This document shows, piece after piece, positions 37,054 to 47,315 of a stretch of 64,000 nucleotides of DNA. A program made the position numbers and the translations under genes. This DNA is from Candidatus Enterousia sp. (GTDB lineage: Bacteria; Pseudomonadota; Alphaproteobacteria; Rs-D84), in contig JAZRLA010000008.1 in assembly GCA_045646605.1 (NCBI GenBank), positions 128,931-192,930 on the forward strand. Reading direction: 5' to 3'. The notes below the pieces were generated by a model. That model worked only from the letters and a program-made list of their open reading frames with translations, had not been told where the DNA came from and made no database searches. Every line of letters starts with the position of its first letter. The stretch's first letter is position 1.

Positions 37054-39568
37054 TAATATCTTTTGTGTTTCAAATCCGGCAAAGATACTTGATGGGCTTT
37101 GGAAGGTTATGGTTGAATCTGGGGTTGATTTGACCAATATGTTAATTTTTTTGCCGAATAGGCGGACCGTCCGCAGTGTTGAAAAAATGATAGTGGATAA
37201 AGTTGGGCATGCAACGCTTTTGCCGCGGCTTGTGCCACTTGGTGAAGGAATCGAAGATGTTGATTTAGATGATAAAAGTGATGCGGGTGTGGTTTCAACC
37301 CAGGAACGCGTTGTTGCAATCACATATTTGTTATCATCTGTTCCGACAATCAAGACAATATCAAATGCGTTACCAATTGCACGCACTTTGATAACCATGC
37401 AAGATTATTTGGAAAACAGTGGCATAGATATTGCAACAATTGATTGGATGAATTTGATTGATGATAAATATGCCAAACATTTTCAGGATAAAGCGCAAAT
37501 TTTATCGATTCTGTCGCGGGTACAATCGAATGTGTTTAATAATCGTGATATGGAAACAAAACGCCGGAATCGTGATGTATACGTGTGGCGTGATTATGTG
37601 AAAAATATGGATATGGATAAATCTTTGGTTGTTGTTTGTGGTTCAACCGCAAGTGTTCCGGTAACACGGAATTTGATGTCGATAATTGCGGAAATGCCAA
37701 ATGGCCGTATAATTTTACCGGGGCGGATTGACGGCAGAACGGAAGATTTTGAACTTGATACGCATCCGTATAATTCGGAATATAAATTTCTTTCTGGGGT
37801 TGGTGCCGGCATATCAGATGTTCAAGAAATTGATGTTGGTGAATCACATATTGATTTTATGAATACGGCGTTTTCCAACGTATACAGCAATTTAAAAGAA
37901 TATAATTTGTCGAATTGTCATTTAATAGAAACGGTGCGTGAATCAGAAGAGGCTGCCGTCACCGCAGAAATCGCGGCGCGTGCGATTGCCGATAAAAAAA
38001 CGGTTCTTGTTATAACGCCTGATGCGGCGGGAAACCAAAGGTTAAAAACCGAATTTGAACGGCGAAATATTGTTGCGGATTTTTCGGGTGGTGTGTCGGC
38101 AACAATGACCAGGGCGGGGCGGGCAATTTTGAATATAATGGATGATTGGATTGAATCTGATTGTCATTTATTTGAAGAAATATATTCAAAAAATGGTTTT
38201 AATTTATTTGATACTATTGCTGAAATTGTTGATAAGTATACCGAAAGTTTTGCACCGCAATTTGATGTTGAAAGTTCGGAATCTGTGTCTGTTTGGGCGG
38301 CGATAAAAAAACTTTCAGATTGTTTGATAGATAAAAAAATAGAGATTAGTGCAATTGATGCGCGTGCGTTTATTGCGGATGCGCTTTCGTCGGTACGTGT
38401 TCGGTCGCCAATGAATGATTCTGCGGATGTTGTTGTTTTGGGGACGATTGAATCGCGCATGCAAACCGCAGATGTGGTTATACTTACGGGGCTGAACGAA
38501 GGTATGTTTCCGGCACCCGGTTATGAAAACCCATGGTTGCCACGTAAAATATCAAATCAGATTGGGTTGCCATCCCCAAATCACAAGGTGTCATTGATGG
38601 CCCTTGATTTTATGAATTTGTCTTGTGGTGCACAGGTTTATTGGTTGCGCAGCAAAAATTCCGGTGGTGTTCAAACCCAAGAATCGCGATTCATTTCGCG
38701 TGTGATTGTTGCACGTGGTCTGTTTGATACCAATGTGGCAAATGATATATTAAATGCGGTGCGTTCGCGCGATTCGGTTGAATCGCAACCGCTTTGTTAT
38801 GATAATCCAAAGCCGCCGGCCGATTGGTCAGATGTTTATGTTACAAGTTTGGAATTGTTGATACATAATCCGTATGCGTTCTATGTGCGACATATATTGC
38901 GGTTGCGTCCAATTGATGATTATTGGATTGGGCCGGATGTGCGGGATTTTGGAACGTTGGTTCATGCCGCAATAGAAAAGGCGCCCACTGGTGTGACAGA
39001 GCAGTGGTTGATTGCGGAAATGGATAGACGTGCATTAGAGGTTTTAGGTCAAAATAATCTTATATTTTATTTCTGGCATCAGCGTTTTTTAGAAATTGCG
39101 CCGCGTGCACTACAAATGTTGCGTGATACCGCCGGTGCATATACAGAGGTCGAAGGTTGTGTGAACATTGCCGGACGTAATGTTCGTGCCCGTGCGGACC
39201 GAATTTGGGATGGCGGTGTGTTGGATATTAAAACCGGGGCGGCACCAAGCAAGAAACAATTGGCGGATGGAACAATGCCGCAATTACCGCTAGAGGCGTA
39301 TATGTTGCAAAACAAAGGTTTTCGTTTTAGAACAACTGTAAAAAGTGAGATACCAATTATGCAGTTTTTACAACTTAAATCCGGCGATGCAAAAATAATA
39401 AAATATGATACGGAAGAAACAGCAATCGCAATAAATGCGGCGTATAGCAAGGTTACGGAATTATTTAATATGTATTCGGCGGGTGCAGCAGAATATGAAT
39501 ATCGTCGGACCGGTGACACAAAATATAAAGAATATGATGACTTTGCGCGGGCGGATGAACGCGATTAG
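37040..39568 (+). CDS. addB: AddB-like double-strand break repair protein (inactive-helicase N-region plus C-terminal PD-(D/E)XK nuclease)
   Basis: C-terminal RADRIWDGGVLDIKTGAAP, a RecB-type nuclease motif. 842 aa. No addA adjacent. Confidence 0.6.
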   Translation: MALNNNIFCVSNPAKILDGLWKVMVESGVDLTNMLIFLPNRRTVRSVEKMIVDKVGHATLLPRLVPLGEGIEDVDLDDKSDAGVVSTQERVVAITYLLSSVPTIKTISNALPIARTLITMQDYLENSGIDIATIDWMNLIDDKYAKHFQDKAQILSILSRVQSNVFNNRDMETKRRNRDVYVWRDYVKNMDMDKSLVVVCGSTASVPVTRNLMSIIAEMPNGRIILPGRIDGRTEDFELDTHPYNSEYKFLSGVGAGISDVQEIDVGESHIDFMNTAFSNVYSNLKEYNLSNCHLIETVRESEEAAVTAEIAARAIADKKTVLVITPDAAGNQRLKTEFERRNIVADFSGGVSATMTRAGRAILNIMDDWIESDCHLFEEIYSKNGFNLFDTIAEIVDKYTESFAPQFDVESSESVSVWAAIKKLSDCLIDKKIEISAIDARAFIADALSSVRVRSPMNDSADVVVLGTIESRMQTADVVILTGLNEGMFPAPGYENPWLPRKISNQIGLPSPNHKVSLMALDFMNLSCGAQVYWLRSKNSGGVQTQESRFISRVIVARGLFDTNVANDILNAVRSRDSVESQPLCYDNPKPPADWSDVYVTSLELLIHNPYAFYVRHILRLRPIDDYWIGPDVRDFGTLVHAAIEKAPTGVTEQWLIAEMDRRALEVLGQNNLIFYFWHQRFLEIAPRALQMLRDTAGAYTEVEGCVNIAGRNVRARADRIWDGGVLDIKTGAAPSKKQLADGTMPQLPLEAYMLQNKGFRFRTTVKSEIPIMQFLQLKSGDAKIIKYDTEETAIAINAAYSKVTELFNMYSAGAAEYEYRRTGDTKYKEYDDFARADERD

Positions 39569-40332
39569 GAAATTTTAATCATTAATCCGCAATGATCCGT
39601 TGGTTTTTCACCCATGCGTGGTTCAGGGTCAATTTCACATTCTGTAATTATTTTTGTGGCCGTTTTATTCGCCATGAAATAGTCAAGGCGCAGGCCATGT
39701 TTTTGTTCGAATCCGCGCTGACGATATCCATACCAAGTGTATCCGATTTCATCTGGGTGCATTTTACGCCACATATCGGTCCACCCGTCATCAAACCAAG
39801 ATTGTAAAACCTTACGCGCCGCCGGGGCCGAAATACTGGATCCCACATAGTTTTCCGGTTTCCATATATCGCGGTCCGTAATTGCGACATTAAAATCGCC
39901 ACCGATGATTACCGCTTCGGGTGAATCAAGATATTGTTTAATATATTTTCCAAATGCCCGCATCCAATCGATTTTATATTCGAACTTTGGCGAAGTTTCC
40001 GATTCACCGTTCGGCATATAAACATTGATAATGCGAATATGGCCATCAACAAGTGTTTCTAAAAATCGTGCGTTTACATCGGTATAGCCGGGTATGCCGC
40101 GAACCGTGTCTTCAATAGAAAATTTTGAAAAAGTTGCCACACCATTCCAACTTTTTTGGCCGAAAACCTTTATATTATATCCATATTCTTCGAATATATT
40201 GTGTGGAAATCCGGCGGTTTCGACCTTTAATTCTTGGACGAGTATGGTGTCGTATTCGCCTGATTCCAAGATTTTTATAAAACTTTCCGCGTGGGCGCGA
40301 ATCGAATTGATATTGATGGTTAGTATTTTCAT
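39565..40332 (-). CDS. xth: exodeoxyribonuclease III
   Basis: MKILTININSIRA ... ILVQELK ... GDFNV ... C-terminal DHCGL. Start trimmed from the ORF-track extension. Confidence 0.85.
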   Translation of the reverse strand: MKILTININSIRAHAESFIKILESGEYDTILVQELKVETAGFPHNIFEEYGYNIKVFGQKSWNGVATFSKFSIEDTVRGIPGYTDVNARFLETLVDGHIRIINVYMPNGESETSPKFEYKIDWMRAFGKYIKQYLDSPEAVIIGGDFNVAITDRDIWKPENYVGSSISAPAARKVLQSWFDDGWTDMWRKMHPDEIGYTWYGYRQRGFEQKHGLRLDYFMANKTATKIITECEIDPEPRMGEKPTDHCGLMIKIS

Positions 40333-40401
40333 GTTTGCAATATTTCCTTTTATGGGTATAATAGCCGTAATAAGTTCTAAAAACAACAAGGATTTTGAAT
40401 C

Positions 40402-41985
40402 ATGAATAGTATGTTTCAATTTTTGGAAAGAGCCGTTAAAAAATGGCCGAATGGCATCTATTTGGTGCGTGAAAATGTGACGTTTTCGGACTTTATGAAG
40501 ATGGTGCGGGCGCGGGCGGCGACGTTGCATTCGTTGGGGGTGAAACCTGGCGATGTCGTTGGAATTTTGTCGCATAATATACCGGCGTTTCCGATAACGC
40601 TGTTTGCGATTTGGTATTTGGGCGGGACGGTGTTGCTGCTGGATACGAATTTGACGCCGTTTGAATACGATAATATGGCAACGATTACAAAGTGTAAATT
40701 TATATGCGCGGAAAAATCGTTCTTTTATAAAACCGATGGGTTTCAGTTTTTTGATATTACAACCGAAGATAATGGCGAAAATCCCGATTTGAAACCGGCG
40801 GAATTAAAACCGGCGGACATCGCCACACTGTCGTTCACATCTGGGTCAACCGGTACGCCAAAGGTTGTGCCGCTTTCGCACTATAATTTGTTGGAATGTG
40901 CAAATTCGTTGTTGGATATGCGCGAATGGTTTGAGGTTGGCGATGTTATGTATGGCTTTTTGCCGATGTATCATATTTTTGGGTTTGCGGTGGAAATACT
41001 TGCGACATTACAATACGGCGCGGGCGTGTTGTTGCAACCGACGGTTAATCCAAAGGAAATCTTGGCGGATTTCAAACGCTATCGCCCACATGTCATTCCG
41101 GCGGTGCCACGGTTGTTTGAGGTTTTTCGTAATAAGATAATTGACGGCGTAAAGGCACAGCATAAATGGTGGCTATTTTCGTTTGTGTTGAAAAATGCGG
41201 ATTTGCTGAAAAAAATCGGCCTGCGCAAATTGGTGGATATGGTGACAAAGCCGGTTCTGGACGTGTTCGGCGGTCGCGTAAAGTTGATGATTGCCGGTGG
41301 TGCGGCGACAAAACCCGAAATTGAAAATTTCTTTGTGGCGCTTGGGCTTGGGTTTATTCAGGGTTATGGTATGACCGAAACGGTCGGACCGATTTGCATT
41401 TCCAAACCGTGCAAGGGTCGGATTCCGTTCGCCTTTGGCGCGCCGACCACGAATAACGAGGTTGAAATCCGTGATAAAAACGAAGACGGCGTTGGTATTT
41501 TATGGCTGCGCGGGAATCAGATTTTCAAAGGTTATCTGAATAATGACGATGCGAATAAACAGGCGTTCGATGACCGCGGATTCTTTAACACCGGCGATAT
41601 GGTGTCGATGGATAAAAACGGCGAATTGCACTTTGCCGGGCGCAAGAAACAGGTGATTGTTTTGGACAGTGGTAAAAATGTTTACCCGGATGAGTTAGAA
41701 GGTTTGTTCATAAATATCCCCGGGGTGAAAAATGTCGCGGTGTTTGAACATCGGGTAAAGGATAAAACCGTTGCATACGGCGTGTTTAGTGTGGAAGAGG
41801 GCATGACAATGGAGCAATTATCGGCGGCAATTGCGGCGGCGAATAAAAAGGTCGCGTCCTATAAATGGGTGACGCACTTTGCAATGACAACCGAAGATTT
41901 GCCGATGACCAGCACGCAAAAGGTTAAACACCACATTGTCCGTCAGAATTTGATTGATGGAAAATATCCGCTGCGTAAGGAATAA
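40402..41985 (+). CDS. AMP-dependent synthetase/ligase (long-chain acyl-CoA synthetase-like)
   Basis: AMP-binding motif LSFTSGSTGTPKVV; YGMTE; GDMVSMDKNGELHFAGRKK. Confidence 0.8.
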   Translation: MNSMFQFLERAVKKWPNGIYLVRENVTFSDFMKMVRARAATLHSLGVKPGDVVGILSHNIPAFPITLFAIWYLGGTVLLLDTNLTPFEYDNMATITKCKFICAEKSFFYKTDGFQFFDITTEDNGENPDLKPAELKPADIATLSFTSGSTGTPKVVPLSHYNLLECANSLLDMREWFEVGDVMYGFLPMYHIFGFAVEILATLQYGAGVLLQPTVNPKEILADFKRYRPHVIPAVPRLFEVFRNKIIDGVKAQHKWWLFSFVLKNADLLKKIGLRKLVDMVTKPVLDVFGGRVKLMIAGGAATKPEIENFFVALGLGFIQGYGMTETVGPICISKPCKGRIPFAFGAPTTNNEVEIRDKNEDGVGILWLRGNQIFKGYLNNDDANKQAFDDRGFFNTGDMVSMDKNGELHFAGRKKQVIVLDSGKNVYPDELEGLFINIPGVKNVAVFEHRVKDKTVAYGVFSVEEGMTMEQLSAAIAAANKKVASYKWVTHFAMTTEDLPMTSTQKVKHHIVRQNLIDGKYPLRKE

Positions 41986-42004
41986 TAAGTGTAAGAGGTT
42001 AGTG

Positions 42005-42039
42005 AAACGGGCGCCTCTGCGCCCGTTTGGTTTGTTTTT
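42005..42039 (+). terminator. rho-independent terminator (aaacgggcgc-ctct-gcgcccgttt plus T-rich)
   Basis: Lies between convergent genes. Confidence 0.6.
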
Positions 42040-43393
42040 AAAATGGAGGAGTGCCAACTCCCGATGCTACACCTATTAAGTAAATAGGGGCGCCTTCTGC
42101 ATTGATCTCTTGTATTATTATAGGTTCAGGTAGTGTAAAATTATTGTCGATATCTGCTATGTAACAATAATCCGCTGATACTTGGGCGCAAAAATTCTCT
42201 TGTGCATATGTTGTAGGATCTACATCATCAGGGATATTTGCTGCGTATTGCCTCACTAGGGTATATTGACTGTTTGGTAATGGATTATAGTTATAGTGTT
42301 TTAGTTCATAACCAACCGTACGCTTGGTTATTACGAATCTGTTCTCTTCTGAATAATATCTCAGATCGCACCATTTCTCTGATATTGTTTCATTACAAAT
42401 ATTTGCTGCAAACTCTACAATTTTATCATATGGTGCGTTTGTTAAGTATGTATATTGTGTTACCAATGTTTGAGCGTCAAGGTTAATTAGGTCATAAGCA
42501 TACTCTGGTTGTGTGCCGCCGCCAGGATTTGTTGTTAGTGCATCAAGTGCATTTCTTACGGCTGTTGCGGTAACTAGTTGGTTTTCATTGGCCAAGATAC
42601 TCAAATCGGTTGATATCATACCTGGTTTTATGCGTAAACCTGTGGTGGTTGCGCCTGTGTCTATATCGGTAGAATGCTCGTATATCTCTATATAGTTGTC
42701 TCCCGAAACAATGGATGACCATTCACCATTTTGTGCACCCAAACTTAGTGTTGTTGATTTGCTTTGTTTTTCGTTTACGGCATTTGTTACCGTCTTGTTT
42801 TGTATGGGGTGGGTGCTGGTTGCGGATAATTTACCATCCACAATAGTGATATCGTTGGGGCCAATTACTACCGCGCCTTCCGGAACAACAATTAGTCCAC
42901 CATTCGGGTCAGTCCAGTTACCGCGTTCATCAATTTTGGGTACCTTTTGTTCTGATTCGGCAATCAGCGTGTCTATTTCATCTTTGGTATATGTTTTTGA
43001 TTCGATATTTACTTGGGCTGATTCTGCGACATCGAGTTTATTTTGCAATTCTTCGATACGCGTATTAATCGCATTTAATTCTTGTTGTGCGCTGGTGGTA
43101 TCTTTGATTTTACCGGGATTAAAACCTTTGATACCTTTTAACAGTGCAATACGCGCATCCGTTGTTTCGGTTGAAACCGGTGTCGCGATGGATTGCGTTG
43201 TTGTGACCGACGGCGCGGAAACGGACGATGTTTTCATCATTTGTGTTCGCATTGTTCCCGCACGTGCGATATTTGCCGTGGGTGTTGTGTTTGTTGCGGT
43301 GCCGCCAATTTGCGGAGCGCGCAGTGACGCCGCACCAAATGCGTTGCCGACAATTGCGGTGGCAATCGTTATGCATAAAATGCTGTATTTCAT
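42038..43393 (-). CDS. secreted protein with S/T-rich linker, coiled coil and tail-fibre-like beta-rich C-terminal region
   Basis: Start trimmed to MKYSILCITIATAIVGNAFG (signal peptide, RBS aagga). Motifs such as VTATAVRNALDAL are reminiscent of phage fibres. Confidence 0.55.
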   Translation of the reverse strand: MKYSILCITIATAIVGNAFGAASLRAPQIGGTATNTTPTANIARAGTMRTQMMKTSSVSAPSVTTTQSIATPVSTETTDARIALLKGIKGFNPGKIKDTTSAQQELNAINTRIEELQNKLDVAESAQVNIESKTYTKDEIDTLIAESEQKVPKIDERGNWTDPNGGLIVVPEGAVVIGPNDITIVDGKLSATSTHPIQNKTVTNAVNEKQSKSTTLSLGAQNGEWSSIVSGDNYIEIYEHSTDIDTGATTTGLRIKPGMISTDLSILANENQLVTATAVRNALDALTTNPGGGTQPEYAYDLINLDAQTLVTQYTYLTNAPYDKIVEFAANICNETISEKWCDLRYYSEENRFVITKRTVGYELKHYNYNPLPNSQYTLVRQYAANIPDDVDPTTYAQENFCAQVSADYCYIADIDNNFTLPEPIIIQEINAEGAPIYLIGVASGVGTPPF

Positions 43394-43690
43394 TTTTTTT
43401 CCTTTGTTTGTTGTTTTTGCGGGAATTAAAAAGACCGTCAAAAAGAACGGTCGGGGTGTTCGAAAATCACAAGAGTAATGATTCCTGTGGGCTTTATATA
43501 TACACCACGGGCACCCCAACCAATCGGGGTATACTAAAATGACGGCACAAAACATCGGAAAATTTGCGATTTATCACGCGGATTACGACATGATGTGCCG
43601 ACTCTTGCGGGCTTTCGACAGCCCCGAACCAAGTTCCCACTTGATTCATATGTATCATATCATAGTTTATATATAATTACAATTTTTAAA

Positions 43691-45055
43691 TCACTTTCCC
43701 AAACACAATTGAGAAAAGGTCTTGTCAAGGATTTCGGCGGTGCCGATGGTGCCGAGTATTTTGCCAATTGCGTCCGCCGCGTATCGCACCTGTTCAGATA
43801 AAATATCATAGTCGCCATTAAAATCGTTCAATGCCGCAAATAATTCATCGCGCGCGGTCACCAGTAATTCGTATGTGCGTGCGTTTATCATGACCGCGCT
43901 TTCGCCGTTGTTTGTGATTTCGGCGATTCGGTTTCGAATTTCGTGCATAAGTTCCGATACGCCTGCACCGGTCTTGGCGGAAACATATATTGCGCCGCGT
44001 ATGTCGCGTGAATCGATTGTGTCAGATTTATTTATGACCAAAATTTCATTTTCTGCAACCGGTGCGACCACACCCCGTCCGTCACCGCAAAGCGGTGCCG
44101 TGACACCCCTCTCTAGAGGGGAACTGGTGGCATCAATAACATGTAAAACTATATCGGCGTTGGCGATTTCCGTGTTTGTGCGTTCGATTCCGATTTTTTC
44201 CACGAAATCCACCGTATTGCGCAGGCCGGCCGTATCAGATAAATTTACCATGTATCCGTCAATGTCCATTTGTGCGGACACGACATCGCGCGTTGTGCCG
44301 GGGATATCGGATACTATGGCGCGGTTCGCACCAACGATGCGATTGAATAACGAAGATTTCCCGACATTTGTTTCGCCAACGATTGCGATATTTATTCCGC
44401 ACATTATTGCACGTGAAACTTTGTAATTGCCCAATACGCCGGAAACCGCCGTATAGAGCGTTTTTATATGTTCCAAAATTATATCAGAAATGTTTGGCGG
44501 TAAATCGTCGGCGTCATAGTCCGTCATTGCGGCGGCGTATGCGGATATTTCCAACATTTGGGCGCGCCAATTTTCATAAATCGCACTGTCGCCACCCATC
44601 ATGGAACGCAGTGCCGCCGCGCGTTGCTTATCCGTTTGTGCGTCAAGCAACGCAACCAGTCCGTCAACATCCGTCAAATCCATTTTGCCATTATAAAACG
44701 CGCGCCGCGAAAATTCGCCGGGCGTGGCGACACGCATATTATGCCCGCGCAAAAATTCAAAGATTTTATTTATAACCGCCGGCGCGCCGTGGCACTGAAT
44801 TTCAATGATGTCTGTGCCGGTGAAACTGTGCGGCGCGGCAAAATAGATAATGACGCATTGGTCGATTATGTCGCCATTATCATCGCGCAAGTTTGTAAAA
44901 TATGCGCGCCGGGGTACTGGCGTACGGCCAATAATTTTTTTTGCAAAATCGTGTAAATTGTTGCCCGATATGCGAATCACCGCAACGCCGGATTTCCCAT
45001 GCCCAGATGAAAGCGCAAAAATATTATCGTTGTTATTCATATTATCTGTTTCCAC
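43691..45055 (-). CDS. mnmE: tRNA modification GTPase MnmE
   Basis: N-terminal IFALSSGHGKSGVAVIRISG. G-domain GETNVGKSSLFN, DTAG. C-terminal ...CLGK. 5' end overlaps the ruvA 3' end by 14 nt. Confidence 0.85.
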   Translation of the reverse strand: METDNMNNNDNIFALSSGHGKSGVAVIRISGNNLHDFAKKIIGRTPVPRRAYFTNLRDDNGDIIDQCVIIYFAAPHSFTGTDIIEIQCHGAPAVINKIFEFLRGHNMRVATPGEFSRRAFYNGKMDLTDVDGLVALLDAQTDKQRAAALRSMMGGDSAIYENWRAQMLEISAYAAAMTDYDADDLPPNISDIILEHIKTLYTAVSGVLGNYKVSRAIMCGINIAIVGETNVGKSSLFNRIVGANRAIVSDIPGTTRDVVSAQMDIDGYMVNLSDTAGLRNTVDFVEKIGIERTNTEIANADIVLHVIDATSSPLERGVTAPLCGDGRGVVAPVAENEILVINKSDTIDSRDIRGAIYVSAKTGAGVSELMHEIRNRIAEITNNGESAVMINARTYELLVTARDELFAALNDFNGDYDILSEQVRYAADAIGKILGTIGTAEILDKTFSQLCLGK

Positions 45056-45617
45056 TTATTTCTTTCAATGCCATCGGGACGAGTTTTGATACCCCCGCGT
45101 CTGGATTTTGTGCAACAAGTTTTTGTGCCATTTCGATTATGTCCATACGGCGGTACCCCAATGTTTCCAATGCCGCCAACAAATCGGGCAGGGCGCCCGT
45201 GTCGCCGGATGTATCAAATGCAAACGATGCGCCACCGACCTTTGATTTAAGTTCCACGATGATTTTTTCTGCGACCTTTTTGCCAACGCCCGGCGCGGTT
45301 GCGATTGTTTTCGCATCGCCGGTTGCAATTGCGGTCATCAGTGTATCGGTCTTTATCGTGCCCATTATCGCCATCGCGACCTTTGGCCCGACACCCGATA
45401 CGCCGTTCAGCATATTAAATAAATTCTGTGCGGCGATGCTTGTGAATCCAAATAAACGAATCGAATCTTCGCGCACGACCGTTTCAATCCACAGCGATAT
45501 GTTCGTCCCCAATGTCAATGTTTCCGGCGTATACACCTTGTACCCGATGGGGCCCGCCATCAAAATAATGAACCCGTCGCCGATATAATCAACAATGCCT
45601 TGCAATTTTCCAATCAT
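45042..45617 (-). CDS. ruvA: Holliday junction DNA helicase RuvA
   Basis: MIGKLQGIVDYIGDGFIILMAGPIGYKVYTP... plus HhH motifs GVGPKVA and GVGKKVAEKI. Confidence 0.85.
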   Translation of the reverse strand: MIGKLQGIVDYIGDGFIILMAGPIGYKVYTPETLTLGTNISLWIETVVREDSIRLFGFTSIAAQNLFNMLNGVSGVGPKVAMAIMGTIKTDTLMTAIATGDAKTIATAPGVGKKVAEKIIVELKSKVGGASFAFDTSGDTGALPDLLAALETLGYRRMDIIEMAQKLVAQNPDAGVSKLVPMALKEISGNR

Positions 45618-45668
45618 TTGCTATCCTTTGCCGGTAATTTTAATCTAATTAAATCAAAAGGTCAAATC

Positions 45669-46385
45669 ATGAGCGGACATAGCAAATGGCACAATATTCA
45701 ACATAAAAAGGGACTTGCCGACGCGGCACGCAGTGGGTTGTTCACGAAACTTGCGCGTGAAATCACGATGGCGGCGAAATTGGGCGATAAAAATCCGGAC
45801 AATAACCCGCGGTTGCGCCTGGCTATTTTACAGGCGCGCAAGAATTCTATGCCGAACGATAATATCAAACGCGCGATTGACAAGGCGTCGGGCGCAAACA
45901 CCGAAAGTTATGTTGCAGTGCGGTACGAAGGCTATGGCCCGGGCGCGGTGCCGATTATAGTAGAGGCATTGACCGACAACCCGCGGCGCACGGTGCCAGA
46001 GGTGCGGAATATCTTTTCCAAACACGGCGGCAACATGGGCGAAGAGGGCAGTGTCGCATTTATGTTCACACGCGTCGGGCAAATTTTCTATCCGGCATCG
46101 ATTGGTAAAACCGAAGATGAAATGATGGAAATTATTATGGACGCGGATGCGGATAATTTAGAGACAACCGAAGAAGGCTATATCATCACGACCAAACCTG
46201 ATGATTTTATGAATGCCCAAAAGAAAATAGCGGATGTGCTGGGTGAACCGGAAAATGCGGAATTGACCTGGGTACCGAATATGCCGATGGATGTGGACGA
46301 AGAAACCTGGGCCAAGGTTGAAAGGTTGGTTGATGCACTGGACGCCAACGACGACGTGCAAAAGGTGTTTACCGGCGCAAATTAG
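45669..46385 (+). CDS. yebC: YebC/PmpR-family transcriptional regulator
   Basis: MSGHSKWHNIQHKK...YEGYGPGAV. Confidence 0.85.
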   Translation: MSGHSKWHNIQHKKGLADAARSGLFTKLAREITMAAKLGDKNPDNNPRLRLAILQARKNSMPNDNIKRAIDKASGANTESYVAVRYEGYGPGAVPIIVEALTDNPRRTVPEVRNIFSKHGGNMGEEGSVAFMFTRVGQIFYPASIGKTEDEMMEIIMDADADNLETTEEGYIITTKPDDFMNAQKKIADVLGEPENAELTWVPNMPMDVDEETWAKVERLVDALDANDDVQKVFTGAN

Positions 46386-46411
46386 TGGTTGGTGTAAGTA
46401 GATAGTGTTAG

Positions 46412-46438
46412 TGCGGGCGCGAATGCGCCCGTTTTTTA
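46412..46438 (+). terminator. rho-independent terminator (gcgggcgc-gaat-gcgcccg plus tttttt)
   Basis: Follows yebC. Overlaps the stop of the convergent minus-strand gene. Confidence 0.6.
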
Positions 46439-46729
46439 TAATTCCCCATACAGCGCGTTAAATAATTTTACCAACAATTCGGTATCTTCGATATCGGGGA
46501 TCAACAGCATTGGTTTTGCGCCGGGGTATGGGATTTCCGGTGTTGCGTTCGGGATAATTTTCTGTGCCGCCGTGGTCGGTTTAATTAGCAACCGGTTGTC
46601 ATAAATTCCGCCGATGATTTTCCCGCGATAGTAAATAATATATTCACCCATCATCGCGCGGTATGTTATGTCCGGCAACGCGGATAATTGTGTAAGCACG
46701 AAATTCAAAAATTCTTTGCTTGATGGCAT
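46436..46729 (-). CDS. TfoX N-terminal domain-like protein
   Basis: 97 aa. Pattern ...EFLNFVLTQLSALPDITYRAMMGEYIIYYRGKIIGGIYDNRLLIK fits the TfoX_N family. Confidence 0.45.
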   Translation of the reverse strand: MPSSKEFLNFVLTQLSALPDITYRAMMGEYIIYYRGKIIGGIYDNRLLIKPTTAAQKIIPNATPEIPYPGAKPMLLIPDIEDTELLVKLFNALYGEL

Positions 46730-46730
46730 T

Positions 46731-47303
46731 TTATAAAGTTTTTTTGTATTCTGATTTTAGTTTTCCAAACATTGCGGTGCTGTGTATGGAACCATCCGGC
46801 CATAATTTGCGTTCGCGTTGAATGCCTTCAAGTTTATATCCATTTTTTTCGGCATGTTTGCGTGAAGCAATATTATCGTCGTCGCACCAAATATTTATTT
46901 TTCGTAAATTAAATTTTTCAAAACCTAATTCTTCTATTGCCGGTATCAATTTATCCACAATCCCCTGTCCGCGAGCAGATTTTTTTAGCCAATAACCAAT
47001 TTCACCGGTTTGATTTTTTGTGTCTATGCCGGAAAGACCGATTTCGCCCAATAATTCATTGCACCTGAAAATGCCGTACATGGCATATTTCCACCGTGGG
47101 TCATTGCTTTGCGATTTATCACAGTAATATTTTTCTACTTCATCGACCGATTTCCACATACCTCCGTCGAACCAGTATTTGAATGTATCCGAATCGGTTG
47201 TGAATATGTCGTAAATTTCCTTTGCAAATTTTGGTGTCCCTGGAATTGGTTTAAGTACAAAATCGCAAATAATAATTTTTTCGGGTTTAATAAATTCTGA
47301 CAT
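46731..47303 (-). CDS. GNAT-family N-acetyltransferase (RimJ/RimL-like)
   Basis: Acetyl-CoA-binding-like KKSARGQGIVDKLIPAIEE... Confidence 0.6.
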   Translation of the reverse strand: MSEFIKPEKIIICDFVLKPIPGTPKFAKEIYDIFTTDSDTFKYWFDGGMWKSVDEVEKYYCDKSQSNDPRWKYAMYGIFRCNELLGEIGLSGIDTKNQTGEIGYWLKKSARGQGIVDKLIPAIEELGFEKFNLRKINIWCDDDNIASRKHAEKNGYKLEGIQRERKLWPDGSIHSTAMFGKLKSEYKKTL

Positions 47304-47315
47304 GATGTATCCCTA

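Noticed and set aside
42696-43478. 260-aa plus-strand ORF
   Set aside because: It is antisense to the tail-fibre-like gene, which has a signal peptide and RBS.
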